Source: Octopus bimaculoides
Taxonomy: Eukaryota
Assembly (NCBI RefSeq): GCF_001194135.2
Contig: NC_068984.1
Location: 56,769,740 to 56,833,739 of the forward strand
Length of the DNA: 64,000 nucleotides
Direction: 5' to 3'
The notes beneath the pieces are model-generated. The model did not search any database. It saw only the letters and a list, made by a program, of their open reading frames with translations, and had not been told where the DNA came from. Both the position numbers and the translations under genes were made by a program. Below, one piece after another: positions 24,826 through 36,655 of the stretch (position 1 is the stretch's first letter; each line of letters starts with the position of its first letter).

Positions 24826-24926
24826 TTGCGGCTGAAGAGAGCTTTAAACCATCTTTTATATCAATAATATACCTATGCTGATGTAATAATGGATTGCTTA
24901 TAAAGCTTGAAACACGTGTACCACGA
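24826..24926 (+). ncRNA. Type I hammerhead ribozyme motif with long loop II (family 2)
   Basis: TTGCGG-CTGAAGA-GAGCTTTA-(54 nt)-TAAAGCTT-GAAAC-ACGT-GTA-CCACGA: 8-bp stem II, palindromic ACACGTGT stem III, GUA triplet, 5/6-bp stem I. Confidence 0.72.
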
Positions 24927-24941
24927 TATCCTTTGTGTTCT

Positions 24942-25253
24942 NNNNNNNNNNNNNNNNNNNNNNNNNNNNNNNNNNNNNNNNNNNNNNNNNNNNNNNNNNN
25001 NNNNNNNNNNNNNNNNNNNNNNNNNNNNNNNNNNNNNNNNNNNNNNNNNNNNNNNNNNNNNNNNNNNNNNNNNNNNNNNNNNNNNNNNNNNNNNNNNNNN
25101 NNNNNNNNNNNNNNNNNNNNNNNNNNNNNNNNNNNNNNNNNNNNNNNNNNNNNNNNNNNNNNNNNNNNNNNNNNNNNNNNNNNNNNNNNNNNNNNNNNNN
25201 NNNNNNNNNNNNNNNNNNNNNNNNNNNNNNNNNNNNNNNNNNNNNNNNNNNNN
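24942..25253. other. Assembly gap (N run)
   Basis: Run of N. Confidence 0.99.
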
Positions 25254-25292
<39 letters not shown>

Positions 25293-25441
25293 TTGTATAT
25301 ATATATATATTTATTTGTATTGAAATTCATCTATTAACTTACCTGTGTGTACAGTATCAAATATTCTATACATTACTTAAAGTGATAACATATCTACTGT
25401 TTCATCATGATACTTATTGTGGTTATTAGTAATGTAAGGAC

Positions 25442-25770
25442 AAAAACAACCATCATTCAGTAGAAATTAATATGAGTGGTCTTCTGCTGGACTGGGATAA
25501 AAGGAAAACGACCAAATTATCCAGTCACATATGATCCTTAGAAGATAAAGGTGTCAGATACAACATCCATTGGAAGATCTTAGCCAAGTGTAAGCCTTAC
25601 ACCAATGGCAGTGGTAAGTGTGGTCTTTGTGATATGGAAAGATGGCTCATCTGGAAAAGCAGCTTAGACCCTGCTACCTGTCTAAATTCAAGAACTGAAC
25701 TTTTTGGATCATGTCTACATATGGCTAAATATTTGTTACGTTTTTGGTCCCCACAATATCACAGATAGAA
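25442..25770 (+). pseudogene. C-terminal GIY-YIG-associated fragment of a second Penelope-like family
   Basis: KRKTTKLSSHI*SLEDKGVRYNIHWKILAKCKPYTNGSGKCGLCDMERWLI...CLNSRTELFGSCLHMAKYLL matches the PLE pattern TxLSxHIWxLK...IxWKIL...PY...CxLCxxEK...LNxRxEL..CRHxxKFLL. Confidence 0.85.
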
Positions 25771-25939
25771 CTTGCTTTTTATATTGTGTCCACGTACAAG
25801 CTTTTTATCTCTCTATACTTTTTATATATATTTCTTATATATTTTTTACATTTTTTTTTACATACTTATAGAGATATTTTTATTGCTTTATATATTTTTA
25901 CACTTTTTTCCTGTATTTTACCTTCCACCCTACATATTT

Positions 25940-26365
25940 CTTGTGCACGTGCATATATAGACGTGTATATGAAATTTTTGTGCGCGTGTATGTGGGTATG
26001 TATATATGTACATGTATATGTATGTGTATGGTTGCATATGCACATGGGAGTCCACGCAAGTGTAAGTGAGCATATGCATATATGTATGTTTTTTAGACAT
26101 GCATTTGAATATAATTGTGCACGTATGGTTACGTGCACGTATGGTTATGTGCACGTGTGTGTATTTGAATATAAGTGTGTGCGTATGGGTATGTGCACAC
26201 GTGTGTTGATTTGTAAACATGTACATACATGATTGCATATATATGTGCATCTATTTGATGTATGTGTGGATGTGCATGTGTGTGTGGTTCATGTGAGTCT
26301 GAGTGAACATATATGTATGTGGGTGTGTGTGTGCGCATGTGTATGTATGTACATGCGTGCACACG
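25940..26365. repeat. Degenerate (TG/CA/TA) low-complexity tract in the PLE 3' UTR
   Basis: Direct reading; explains overlapping ORFs 25744-26516. Confidence 0.85.
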
Positions 26366-26690
26366 CGATTGCTATGAGCTTTCTTACTCCTTTACTGTTT
26401 ACTTCCTCCTCTTCGGTTTTTTCCCCTATTTAACAGTCATTCTAATAGCTCTTAATAACGGTCATTTACATAGTAATTTCCCTTTGTTTAATGGTCTTTT
26501 TCATAGCATATTTTAATTGCCTTGATAACTGAAGAGATGCCGGTGCAGGTTTCCTCCCCGACATCCGAAACTTGGAGTTTTATTATGGCAACCGAATAAT
26601 TGTCACATATTATATTACAAATAAATTCCTCTATTTACATAATATTGAGTTCTCTTTCATTCTTTTGTTGTCTTACCATTACTATTAATA
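26366..26690 (+). mobile_element. Probable terminal repeat of the second PLE, ending in (TA)n
   Basis: Follows the PLE C-terminal ORF in the same orientation and contains a hammerhead motif. Confidence 0.6.
26524..26584 (+). ncRNA. Type I hammerhead ribozyme motif (family 3)
   Basis: GATAA-CTGAAGA-GATGCCGG-loop-CCGACATC-C-GAAAC-T-TGG-A-GTT-TTATT: stem II 7/8, stem III ACT/AGT, GUU triplet, stem I GATAA/TTATT; one extra C before GAAA. Confidence 0.65.
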
Positions 26691-28089
26691 TATATATATA
26701 TATATATGTCCCATACCTGCGTCTTTGAGAATTTCATGATTAAAAATTTTTTTATCAGGAATTTTAAATTTTCCAAAATATTATATTGGTTAATATTTTT
26801 GTTTAATTTCACATAATCCCTATTTGACCAACCATGATAATTCTGTTTCCATTTTATTTTTGCATCATGCTCACATGTTCTAAACATTTTCTTGAATATC
26901 AATATTTGGAATCAATACTTTTGCATATATTTTTTTTTATTAATATGCAATATTCATCAACTAACCTATGTGTACAGTTGCACAGTCTAAAAATGTGTAC
27001 CATAGCTTGAAATGATAAAGTATACACTCTGTCTCAGCATAATCTTTATTGATACGGTAATGACAAAAACAAAAATAGCCATTTACAGTAGTAATTTAAT
27101 GTGAATGGAGGTCTATTAGACTTCTAATCAGTGATAAATATTGATACACTGTGTCAGTGGACATGATACAGGTGTAATCAGTCAGTATCCAATGTGTCCT
27201 TCCATTATCTAAGGTCAGAAAGTGTGATCTGAAAGATGTATTTCTGCTGGTTGAGCAACCATGTAAAGTGAATGTTTGCCTGTGGGCAAAACTTTATGTG
27301 TATTCAAATTAGAAATTACCCACTGATGAAGTTTCTAGAAACCCATGTTATATATGTATTGAATTTGTCAATTCATATTCTTTTCTTGACACAAATGTAC
27401 TCACACAATTTATCCCAGGAACTGACAAAGTTCCCTGCTCCTGATATAGAGGTTTCTTTTTTGATTCGTTTGTTAGGTAAATAGTGTTCACAATGCTATG
27501 GAAAATATTGTTCAGTCAAGATAGTAATAACTTGAGCTGCCAAGTCAGTTTTAATGTGCATGTGTAATTTCATATTTTTTACAATGCTAACTTACCTACT
27601 GAAGTATTACTACCACAAATACACTTCTTGTCTCCAGAAAAACTACAAGTTTTGTGTCTTACATAAAATTCAGAATTGCTCATAAGCTTTGAAACTACTA
27701 CATAATCATTTGTTACACTGTGAAGCATTAAGAATAACATTTTTGGTATGCTTCTAACATTTAATTGTGTTGATAAAGTAATGAAACCTCTCTTACAAGT
27801 TCAGTATTTTTCACAATGATTATTGTGAGCTTAAAATCTAATATCATTGGATTGTTAGAATTTTAATTAAGTAATGGCTAATTGACGTTTTTTTTTTTTC
27901 CTTTTGTTCTTTCATTGAAATTTATTACATTAGCTTTTGATGTAAAAACCACATGTAAATGTTTTCAGGGAGAATGACCTCATGAAAATGCTATTTAGAA
28001 AACATTTCACATTACATTGGTTGTGATAATGTCTGTGTTTGAAGAAAGATTTGAAATGATATACTACTGTTTCGTTTATATTCATTTGT

Positions 28090-28127
28090 GAAATTCTGAT
28101 TTCTGAAATTCTGATTTCTGAAATTCT
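28090..28127. repeat. 15-bp minisatellite, about 2.5 copies
   Basis: gaaattctgatttct repeated. Confidence 0.85.
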
Positions 28128-28541
28128 TGAACTATAAATTAAGCATTAATTTAATTGAATTTTTTCATATGCATACTTTTTCCTAATATCAAAGTGCCAT
28201 AAATCTAAGTATAAAAGCAAATTAATGCTATATTATGTGGTTTTAAGACATTTGCTTATGGAACATGTTGAATATACTGTTTCAGAATTAAAATTTAATA
28301 TATTATTACATTAATAAGGGTCTAATTATGAATTGTTAGTCTGAATAAAATTTAATTATAAAAATATGGCAGGGCCCTCACACATGTAATATAGTTAGAG
28401 ATCAACTTTAATCAGCTGCAATTATCCAAGCAATTAGTAGACAAAATCTCTTTTTAAGGGCATTTAAAATCTAAAAACAAGAAGTGAAGGATCAAAATGT
28501 TTGGACAATAAAGGTAATGCAAATTGCAGAGGGTATGGTCT

Positions 28542-28757
28542 TTAACACTTTAGCAGGCCATATCTGGCCAAAATATTCTACCTGTTTTATGGTCAAATTG
28601 GCCAGATCTGGCTTCTCACACCAGCCCTATAATATCTTTCTAAAAGTTAAGTTACCTCATCAAAATCTCAAAGCTACAAGATACTGCATGATTAATTCAA
28701 AACTGTGAACCATTAAGCATTACATTTGACAGAGTAATTGGAAAGCTGAAGGATTAA
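28542..28757 (+). mobile_element. Degraded MITE with TTAA-CCCTTT-like ends (piggyBac-like)
   Basis: Internal similarity to 59195-59419 and inverted 49816-50046; ends ttaacactttagc...gctgaaggattaa. Confidence 0.6.
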
Positions 28758-31700
28758 AGTCAACTGATGAAAGCAATGGACATATTTCAGTCTTGTTAGA
28801 TCTCCTCAGTAATCATATTCTATTTAAGAGAGTAAGAGTGATGTGTGTGTGTATAGACACATACACAAAGAGAATCTAGTGATACAAATATCTGCTATAC
28901 AGTGAACAGAAAAGTACTAATAGGATCATTCAGCATAATAAAAACAATTAAAGAAGTGGTAGTTTAGGTTTCAAATTTAAAGCAGTGGATTTTAGTATTA
29001 AAAGATTGATTTCATTGCAAATTAAAATATCGTTATTTGAATTCTGGGTAGCTTTTGTTAAACTCTTTGAATAATTACTTCTGATGACTCGATCTTAAAG
29101 TATATTTTAAAAGTTATTAAATTGTGTTATTTTAAAGTCTTTAATTAATACAAACTACTAAAAATACTCTAATTGTGAATTATTTAAGAAAATTTAATAA
29201 ATTGTCTACATTAAAGACATTAAATTTAAGTTTTTAGAAAGAAAAACAAATGCAGAAAATCTTTGCACACTGGTTTTAATTCCAGGTTAAAACCATTTCT
29301 TTTTTTATTCTATTACTAACACTTTTATTTTCTTTCTCCTTGAAATCTTTATTCTGTGAAAAGAAACAGGGAAATAATTTCAGTGTCTTTAAACATAAGC
29401 TATCAAAAATCTATAAAATGTAGTCTGAAAAGAAAATGTAAGAGCTGATATTTCACTTCTGTATTGTGGCAACTAGAAGTGAGATACACCTTCCCCTGGA
29501 TAAAATACTTATCCTTTTTAAATACCATTTCCAGGTAATATCAACAGCTGGGTGAACTTTATATAGAAATTTAGTGTACTATCCAAATAAACAATGAAAC
29601 ATACACAAGTACACAGTGCACAGTGTGTATGAGTTTGTAGTCAACATCACATCTCCTATCTGCTTGGCCATTCTATTTCTGTACTGAACAAACTTGTTTG
29701 AGATATAATTGATACCTACATAACTTGTTAATTCTACAATAGATAGCTAATTAAAAGCATACTAAAAATTTACAAATATTGAACTGTTTGTGGTATCTTT
29801 CACAACTCATTACAGACTGCTTTTTAGTTGCTAATATCAGATAAAAGAAAATTCCTAAAGCAATGTTTTGAGAAAAATAGCAATTTTTGTAACTTTTTAT
29901 TATATTAGATTTAATATAAAAGGAGTTAGATTTCATTATGATTTTTTGTTTTTTTAAAGCTATTAAATCAATTTAAGATTTTGTAAACTTAAATTGATAG
30001 TTATCTGGTTTAAATTAAGCTAAATTTTCTAATTGATTTTAGATTCTTAGCTGTCAATAGTATAGTATTCATCATTATTAGATTTCTTTTGTTTGATTTT
30101 GGACATTTAATTAAGTATGGTCCCATTGGTCTTTTACAGACCAAAATAATCTTGTTGATTTGTAATATAGGCACAAATCCTTAAATTTGTGTGTGTGCAT
30201 AGGAGGTAATATAATTAAGATTGACTCCAGTTCCTGACTGTTACTTCCTTATTTTATCAACTCCCAGAAAAGCAAAGTTAACTTTGATGGGATTCAGAAT
30301 TATCAGATAGCTAATATTAGAAAAATCCTGCACATATGCACACAAACATTCATACACACACTTGTATTCATTTGAATGAAAATAATTACATTGAAACTTA
30401 AGTCAATAAACCTGTTGCATAACAAGTTACAGTGCAGACAGAATGAGGTTTGAGAATTTTGGAAAATTTCATTAAATTTCATCTGAAAGCTGTTACATTC
30501 AAATATGCTACAGGTTTGTTTTGTAACAAAGTAAATTACTCATGTAATGTTCCTATAGGAGAACCTGGTAAAATTAGATTAAAGTTTGCTTTTCACTTGT
30601 TACCAAAAATATTGGCATAGTGTTTCTTTCCAGGCTGGTATTGCACTAATCTATTTGTATTTTTTATGTCTTGTCTTTCTGCTTGTTTGTCTTTGTTTGT
30701 CTGTCTGTATATCTGTCCCCCACCTCACTCTCTCCCACACATTCTCTCTCTCACACACATTCTCTCTCTCACACACACACCTTCCTTCTTTCTGATGATC
30801 CCCCCTCTTCTCTCTCATTTTGGGGAGTCCCATTTTCAGAATGATGTGTTTTTTTTGCAGTCAATTGATTTTAGGAAGAAAGCAAAAATACCATGTTTTG
30901 TGTGTGTATATGTGTCTTGGTGATGGGAGGTGGGATTTTAACACACAAGCAAATTCTTTGAAATATCCCTCTCCTCTCCATTTTAATGTTTTCATCTTCA
31001 TATTTTGTTTCCTAGAGGCCTATTTTAAATTTATTCTTGAAAAAAAATTCTTTTATGATAATTCAGTTTATATAAATTTGATTTATTAATTACATTTAAA
31101 TAATTGTTTTTTAGAAATGTATTTTGTATATTTGAATGTAAAAGTTGGATTCGACCGTGTGCATGTATGTACGTGCCTGAATGCATTACTAATCAAGAAA
31201 ATCTAAGCATATGACATTTTTTTAAATATAGTTTTCGTATTTTAAGTAACTACTGATTCATGATTTTTCTTTAAGAATAATGTTTTTTAGATATTATTCT
31301 TATTTAGATATTACTCTTAGCTGCTCTTTTACCTTCAACACCATGTCTTACAGTCACTGCATCGCAACTATCATTTCCAGTTATAATAAAAGATTATTAG
31401 CTTCATATAATAAAAGCAGCTATGCACTTTTCATTCAGGTTTGATTTTGTGATTCTCTTTGCATATAGGTGAATGCCTAGTAATGTTTTTTTGTGTGTGT
31501 GTCTATTATTTACTTTGTTTTGAATCCCACTTTGATTTGATGTTAGTCTATGACAAATAACATTTCCAGATGGTTTGGTATTATGCTACTGATAGCTATG
31601 TGAATTGAGACAATGTAGAATGAAGTGGTCTCCTCAGGAGTGCTGACAAATGCATGCTGTTGATTAGAACTAGCAACATCTGCAATTGTCTCATCCCTAT

Positions 31701-33237
31701 TAGAAATTGATAAACATTAACTTTTTTTCATATAATTTTTTAAATTTCCATTTTCTTTGTGTGATAATTTGACCTGTTAGAATTTTCCTAATCATGCCCT
31801 ATCATCTTGAAAAAAAACCCGGAAGAATACAATTGAAATAATAGTCTTGACATATTGTCTGAAAAAAAAATGTGCGGTCATAGTTGGACGGTTTTCATCA
31901 TAGGTCTACTCAGTATTGACCTTGGGCTAAACAACAATAAATATGGTGAGAATCTCCCTCAAATCAAACCTTATCATCTCAAAAAAACATAAACAAGGCA
32001 AAAACATACTGCATAGTGTAGTCCTAGATACATTGTATTTGTAAAAAAAAATAATAAAATAAAAGGCAAGATTGTCACAGCTGGATCACCTTTGATCATA
32101 AGTATTCTGGCAATGTGACAGTCTAGAGGTAAACAACACAGGTTAGACACCATTGGGAGGTAAATGTTGGAGGCTGGCTGCTTGGTAATTGTGTCAATGT
32201 TTTTTTTTTTTTTTTGCTCCTACTGCTGATTCTGTTCTCCATCCTACTTAAACCCATTTGATACACTTGACATTTGTCTTAACTCCTTGACCCCTAACAA
32301 AATATTTTACTGCATTCTTATTTCCCAGAAGTGCATATCTTTGGAACTTCCTTTGTGTTCACTTTTCTTGCTTCTTACAATATATTTCAAAGTAAACATA
32401 AGCTATACTAAAAGCTAACACTAGCTAATATTTTTGTGAAATCTCATGGATCTAGAGCAGGGGAGAAGACATTTTTTAGTACCAGGGCTGAATTGCAAGT
32501 GCAGAAGAACTCATTGAGGTACATTTGTGCTGATAAAAATAATATTTAATTCTTACTGTCTTGTCTAATGTTGAAAACTTTCCTAAAAGTTCATCAGAGA
32601 ATTTGTCAATGGATACTTTTAAATTTCAATGCAGGTTAAATTTTTGTCCTTGGATAAAGAGTGGCATACTACTGACCTAGAGACTCAATCCTAATCTCTG
32701 GTTCCAGTAGAGTTTTAGTAAATAAGAAATAAATCTTTTCCTGGAAAGAACACTTATTAGTTTTTTGTTGTTAAACATTAAATTTTTTTATGCCAGATGA
32801 ATAGAATTCAGTTCTGCAAACAAAAATACTTACTCTTCATTATTTTTCTATAATTCTATATAACTAAATGATTGTTATTTAACTATTTGTTCATTCATTC
32901 ATTCATTCAATATCCATTTTTTCATGCTAGCATGGGCTAGATGAGGGAGGTATTTTAATCACAATTTTAATCAAGTAACAAGAAGAGCAAAAAGACAAAA
33001 TCAGATTGATATTGTGCTCTTCCTGTTGCCAAGCTTTACTTGTTTTTCAGGTAAGAGATTTCTTTTTTATTTCAGAGAATTTTGAAAGTGCAGAGCTAGT
33101 GGATTATTTGTTGACAGAAAATGTCAACAAATGTCAGTGATTGTAGCCTGGTTGCAAATGAGGATGTTTCAATTCACACTTGTAGCTCAATGCAGATTGT
33201 AAGCATTCACATAGACATGTGCATGTGCACATGCATG

Positions 33238-33270
<33 letters not shown>

Positions 33271-33760
33271 CTTATAAAACTCTAATGGTACATTGGGCTA
33301 TATTTCAGGAGTAGAAGGAATGGTTTGAGTTGGGCACAACTGAAGGGGAGGAGCAAAAGAAAGCAATTAAAATTGGTAGAGGAACATTAAAATTGACAAG
33401 CAGTAATTGGGGGATGGTAAATATGATAAAAGCTACATAGTCAATGGCCAGGAAATGCTTACACCCATCCCCACCCAACAACTACAGTTTGAGAGGATAA
33501 TAAACTTGATAAGTAGATGATAGGGAAAGGTAAAGAAACAGTGAACTTACATAAGAAAATATGTGTGTGTATATATATATATATATTTATATATATATTT
33601 AAATCTGAAGAATCCATTAGAGTAGATGAAAGTGCTAATATATGATTTATAAAAACATGTGACATATTAATAAAAATCTGTAAATGTACAACCATCCAGA
33701 TCTCTGAGTATCTTATTTTTTCTAATATATAATACCTGTACATCACCTCCAAACCTTCTA

Positions 33761-33767
<7 letters not shown>

Positions 33768-33851
<84 letters not shown>
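33768..33851. repeat. (GT)n microsatellite
   Basis: Direct reading. Confidence 0.95.
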
Positions 33852-33854
<3 letters not shown>

Positions 33855-34264
33855 TCTGGCACTCCTTTGGTAATCAAACTCATGCCAGATATCCTAACTA
33901 CTAAGCCATGTGCCTTCACTACACACACACACACACAGATAGATATGGAACACCTCGAGAAGTTTTGCGAAGTGGAACAAGACTGGTTTTGGGCCCCATC
34001 AAATATTCATTGGTCCTTATTTGGCTCATACCAACATACCAATTGAACCTGCCTCTTAAAGACACTGAATACAAATAAAAACCCCTAACTAGGGTGTAAG
34101 ATCTGTAGTTTTTTCTTAGTTCTTTATAGATGTTCATCATTTTGCCAGTTTTGATGAGACATTCACTACCACTGGGTAGCTGATCTCAATAGTAGTGCAT
34201 GATTTATCTACCTGGCTCATCAAATAGTATCAGGCCTGTTGTGTTTGTACAGAGATGCAGTGTT

Positions 34265-34636
34265 TTACTTGTTTCAGTCATTTGATTGTGGCCATACTGG
34301 GGCATTGCCTTGAAAGGTTTTACTCAGTTGACAAGCAGTAATTGAATAAAACCCCAGGATTTATTCTTCTCAGTGTAATACTTATCCTATTGGTTCCTTT
34401 TGCTGAAGTCACAAGGATGTAAACACACCAATACTGATTGTCAAGCATTGGTTACACATACACACACACAGTCATGATGAGCTTCTTTCAGTTTCCATCT
34501 ACCAAATCCGATCACAAGACTTTAGTCAGCCCAAGGCTATAGTAGCAGACACTTACCCAAGGTACCACATAGTGTGACTGAACCTAGAACCATGCGGTCT
34601 GGAAGCAAGCTTCTTATCACAGCAACACCTGCACCT
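34265..34636 (-). mobile_element. tRNA-derived SINE (family B, tail type 1)
   Basis: Reverse complement of 2720-3150. Confidence 0.8.
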
Positions 34637-34662
34637 ATTTTTATTGGAGTATTCCTCCAATA

Positions 34663-34928
34663 TACAGTGGAGGCACGTGGCTTAGTGGTTAGGACGTCAG
34701 CATCATGATTGTAAGCTTGTGATTTCGATTCCTGGACCGGGCGACACGTTGTGTTCTTGAGCAAAACACTTCATTTCACGTTGCTCCAGTCCACTCAGCT
34801 GGCAAAAATGAGTAACACTGCGATGGACTGGCATCCAGTTCAGCTCAGGAATACATATGCCATTGAAACCGAGAAACTGGGCCCATGAGCCTGGCTAGGC
34901 TTTAAAAGGGCGCATTTATTTATTTATT
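34663..34928 (+). mobile_element. tRNA-derived SINE (family D) with (TTTA)n tail
   Basis: Head GTGGAGGCACGTGGCTTAGTGG...TTTCGATTCC; core gtgttcttgagcaaaacact...gcgatggactggcatcc; exact 13-bp TSD TATTCCTCCAATA at 34650-34662 and 34929-34941. Confidence 0.9.
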
Positions 34929-35685
34929 TATTCCTCCAATACTCCTCATTTTTAGAGGTGCGGATGCATTATGGCCATTGGTATGGTCATTGGGACATTC
35001 CTTCTTGTGGATAGCATCTATCCAGCACAATCCTGGTCTGGTGTCAACACTAAAGTCTAGGCAAATAAAAGATACGAAAAGCAGTACCGCTATAAACATA
35101 GCTTCTGAGACCAATAACAACAAAAAAGTTGTATTAATATATCATACATAAAAATACAACTTAAAGTAAAAGGAAATCTTTATGATTTATTGCAATTTGA
35201 TTTTTCCTATTTTATTCACTTCATTTCCATTGTCAAATATTGTATCTCTTGCTCTTCTCAATTTTGTTTTATTATGATATGATATTCAATACCAAACAAT
35301 TATTTTTGACAAGCAGTATTGTCAGAAAGAAAGAAAGAAAGAAAGAATTTTCTTAATAGTGAATAATAAATATGAAAATAAAAACATGATAAAATATATA
35401 TGAAAGAAATACTAAATAAAATAGTTCTGCATAAACAACTTTAGCTTGTAATTAAGTACTTTGGGTTTTAAAAACATCTCTGTCTTCCTCACATATTACT
35501 ACACACACATATGCACATACATACAGACACACATAAAGAAGTCCCTTTCCTTCTAATATTTATTGATTTAGTTTTATTGGTTATTTGGTATATTTTCCTA
35601 CATCTATCTCTCCTTTTTTACCTTGAATTTTGATACTATATTTTATATATTAATTTTGATTACTTTTTTTTTTAGATAGGGAAAT

Positions 35686-35711
35686 ATATATATATATTGG
35701 AATATATATTG

Positions 35712-35761
<50 letters not shown>
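35686..35761. repeat. (TA)n microsatellite with a duplicated atatatattgga unit
   Basis: Direct reading. Confidence 0.9.
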
Positions 35762-35764
<3 letters not shown>

Positions 35765-36149
35765 TTCAGTTGGCACTCCGTCGCATACGACGTTGAGGGT
35801 TCCAGTTGATCCAATCAACGGAACAGCCTGCTTGTGAAATTAACGTGCAAGTGGCTGAGCACTCCACAGACATGTGTACCCTTAACGTAGTTCTCGGGGA
35901 TATTCAGTGTGACACAGTGTGACAAGGCTGACCCTTTGAATTACAGGCACAACAGAAACAGGAAGTAAGAGTGAGAGAAAGTTGTGGTGGAAGAGTACAG
36001 CAGGGTTCGGCACCATCCCCTGCCAGAGCCTCGTGGAGCTTTGGGTGTTTTCGCTCAATAAACTCTCACAACGCCCGGTCTGGGAATTGAAACCGCGATC
36101 CTATGACTGCAAGTCCGCTACCATAACCACTAGGCCATTGTGCCTCTAC
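35762..36149 (-). mobile_element. tRNA-derived SINE (family A), full length
   Basis: Homologous to 1988-2326; A box and GGTTTCAATTCCC B-box-like motif on the minus strand. Confidence 0.9.
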
Positions 36150-36251
36150 AAACACACACACATATATATATATATACACATATAAACACAAACATATATG
36201 TATGTATGTGTGCACATACACAAACACAACTCTGTGTGTGCGTGTATACAG

Positions 36252-36655
36252 TGCTGGCATAACTGTGTGGATAAGAAATTTGCTTCCAAACTGTGATTTG
36301 AGGTTCATCTTCACTGTGTAATACCTTGAACAAGTCTTTTATTATAGCCCTGAGTTGACCTAAGCTTTGTGAGTGAATATAATTGGTGGAAACTGAATGA
36401 AGCCTTTTATATGTATATGTGTGTGAGTGTGTTTACATTTGTGTTCTATGATAGTTGTGATCTATAAGCAGTGTTGTCATTTCTCCTCTCAACTAATTGT
36501 TTGTTCACTTTGCTCCTTAAATATATGTGAAATCTGAGATACTTTACTTGAAAATAAGGTAAGGGTTTGAGACTGGAGGGGCACCCAGATGTAAAACATT
36601 TCCTCAATAATATACATATTTAACCCATGTTAGTATAGAATACTGGGTATATAAA
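36252..36655 (+). mobile_element. Degraded SINE family B, tail type 2 (RTE-like tail)
   Basis: Family B head plus ggaggggcacccagatgtaaaac...aacccatgttagtatagaa. Confidence 0.6.
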
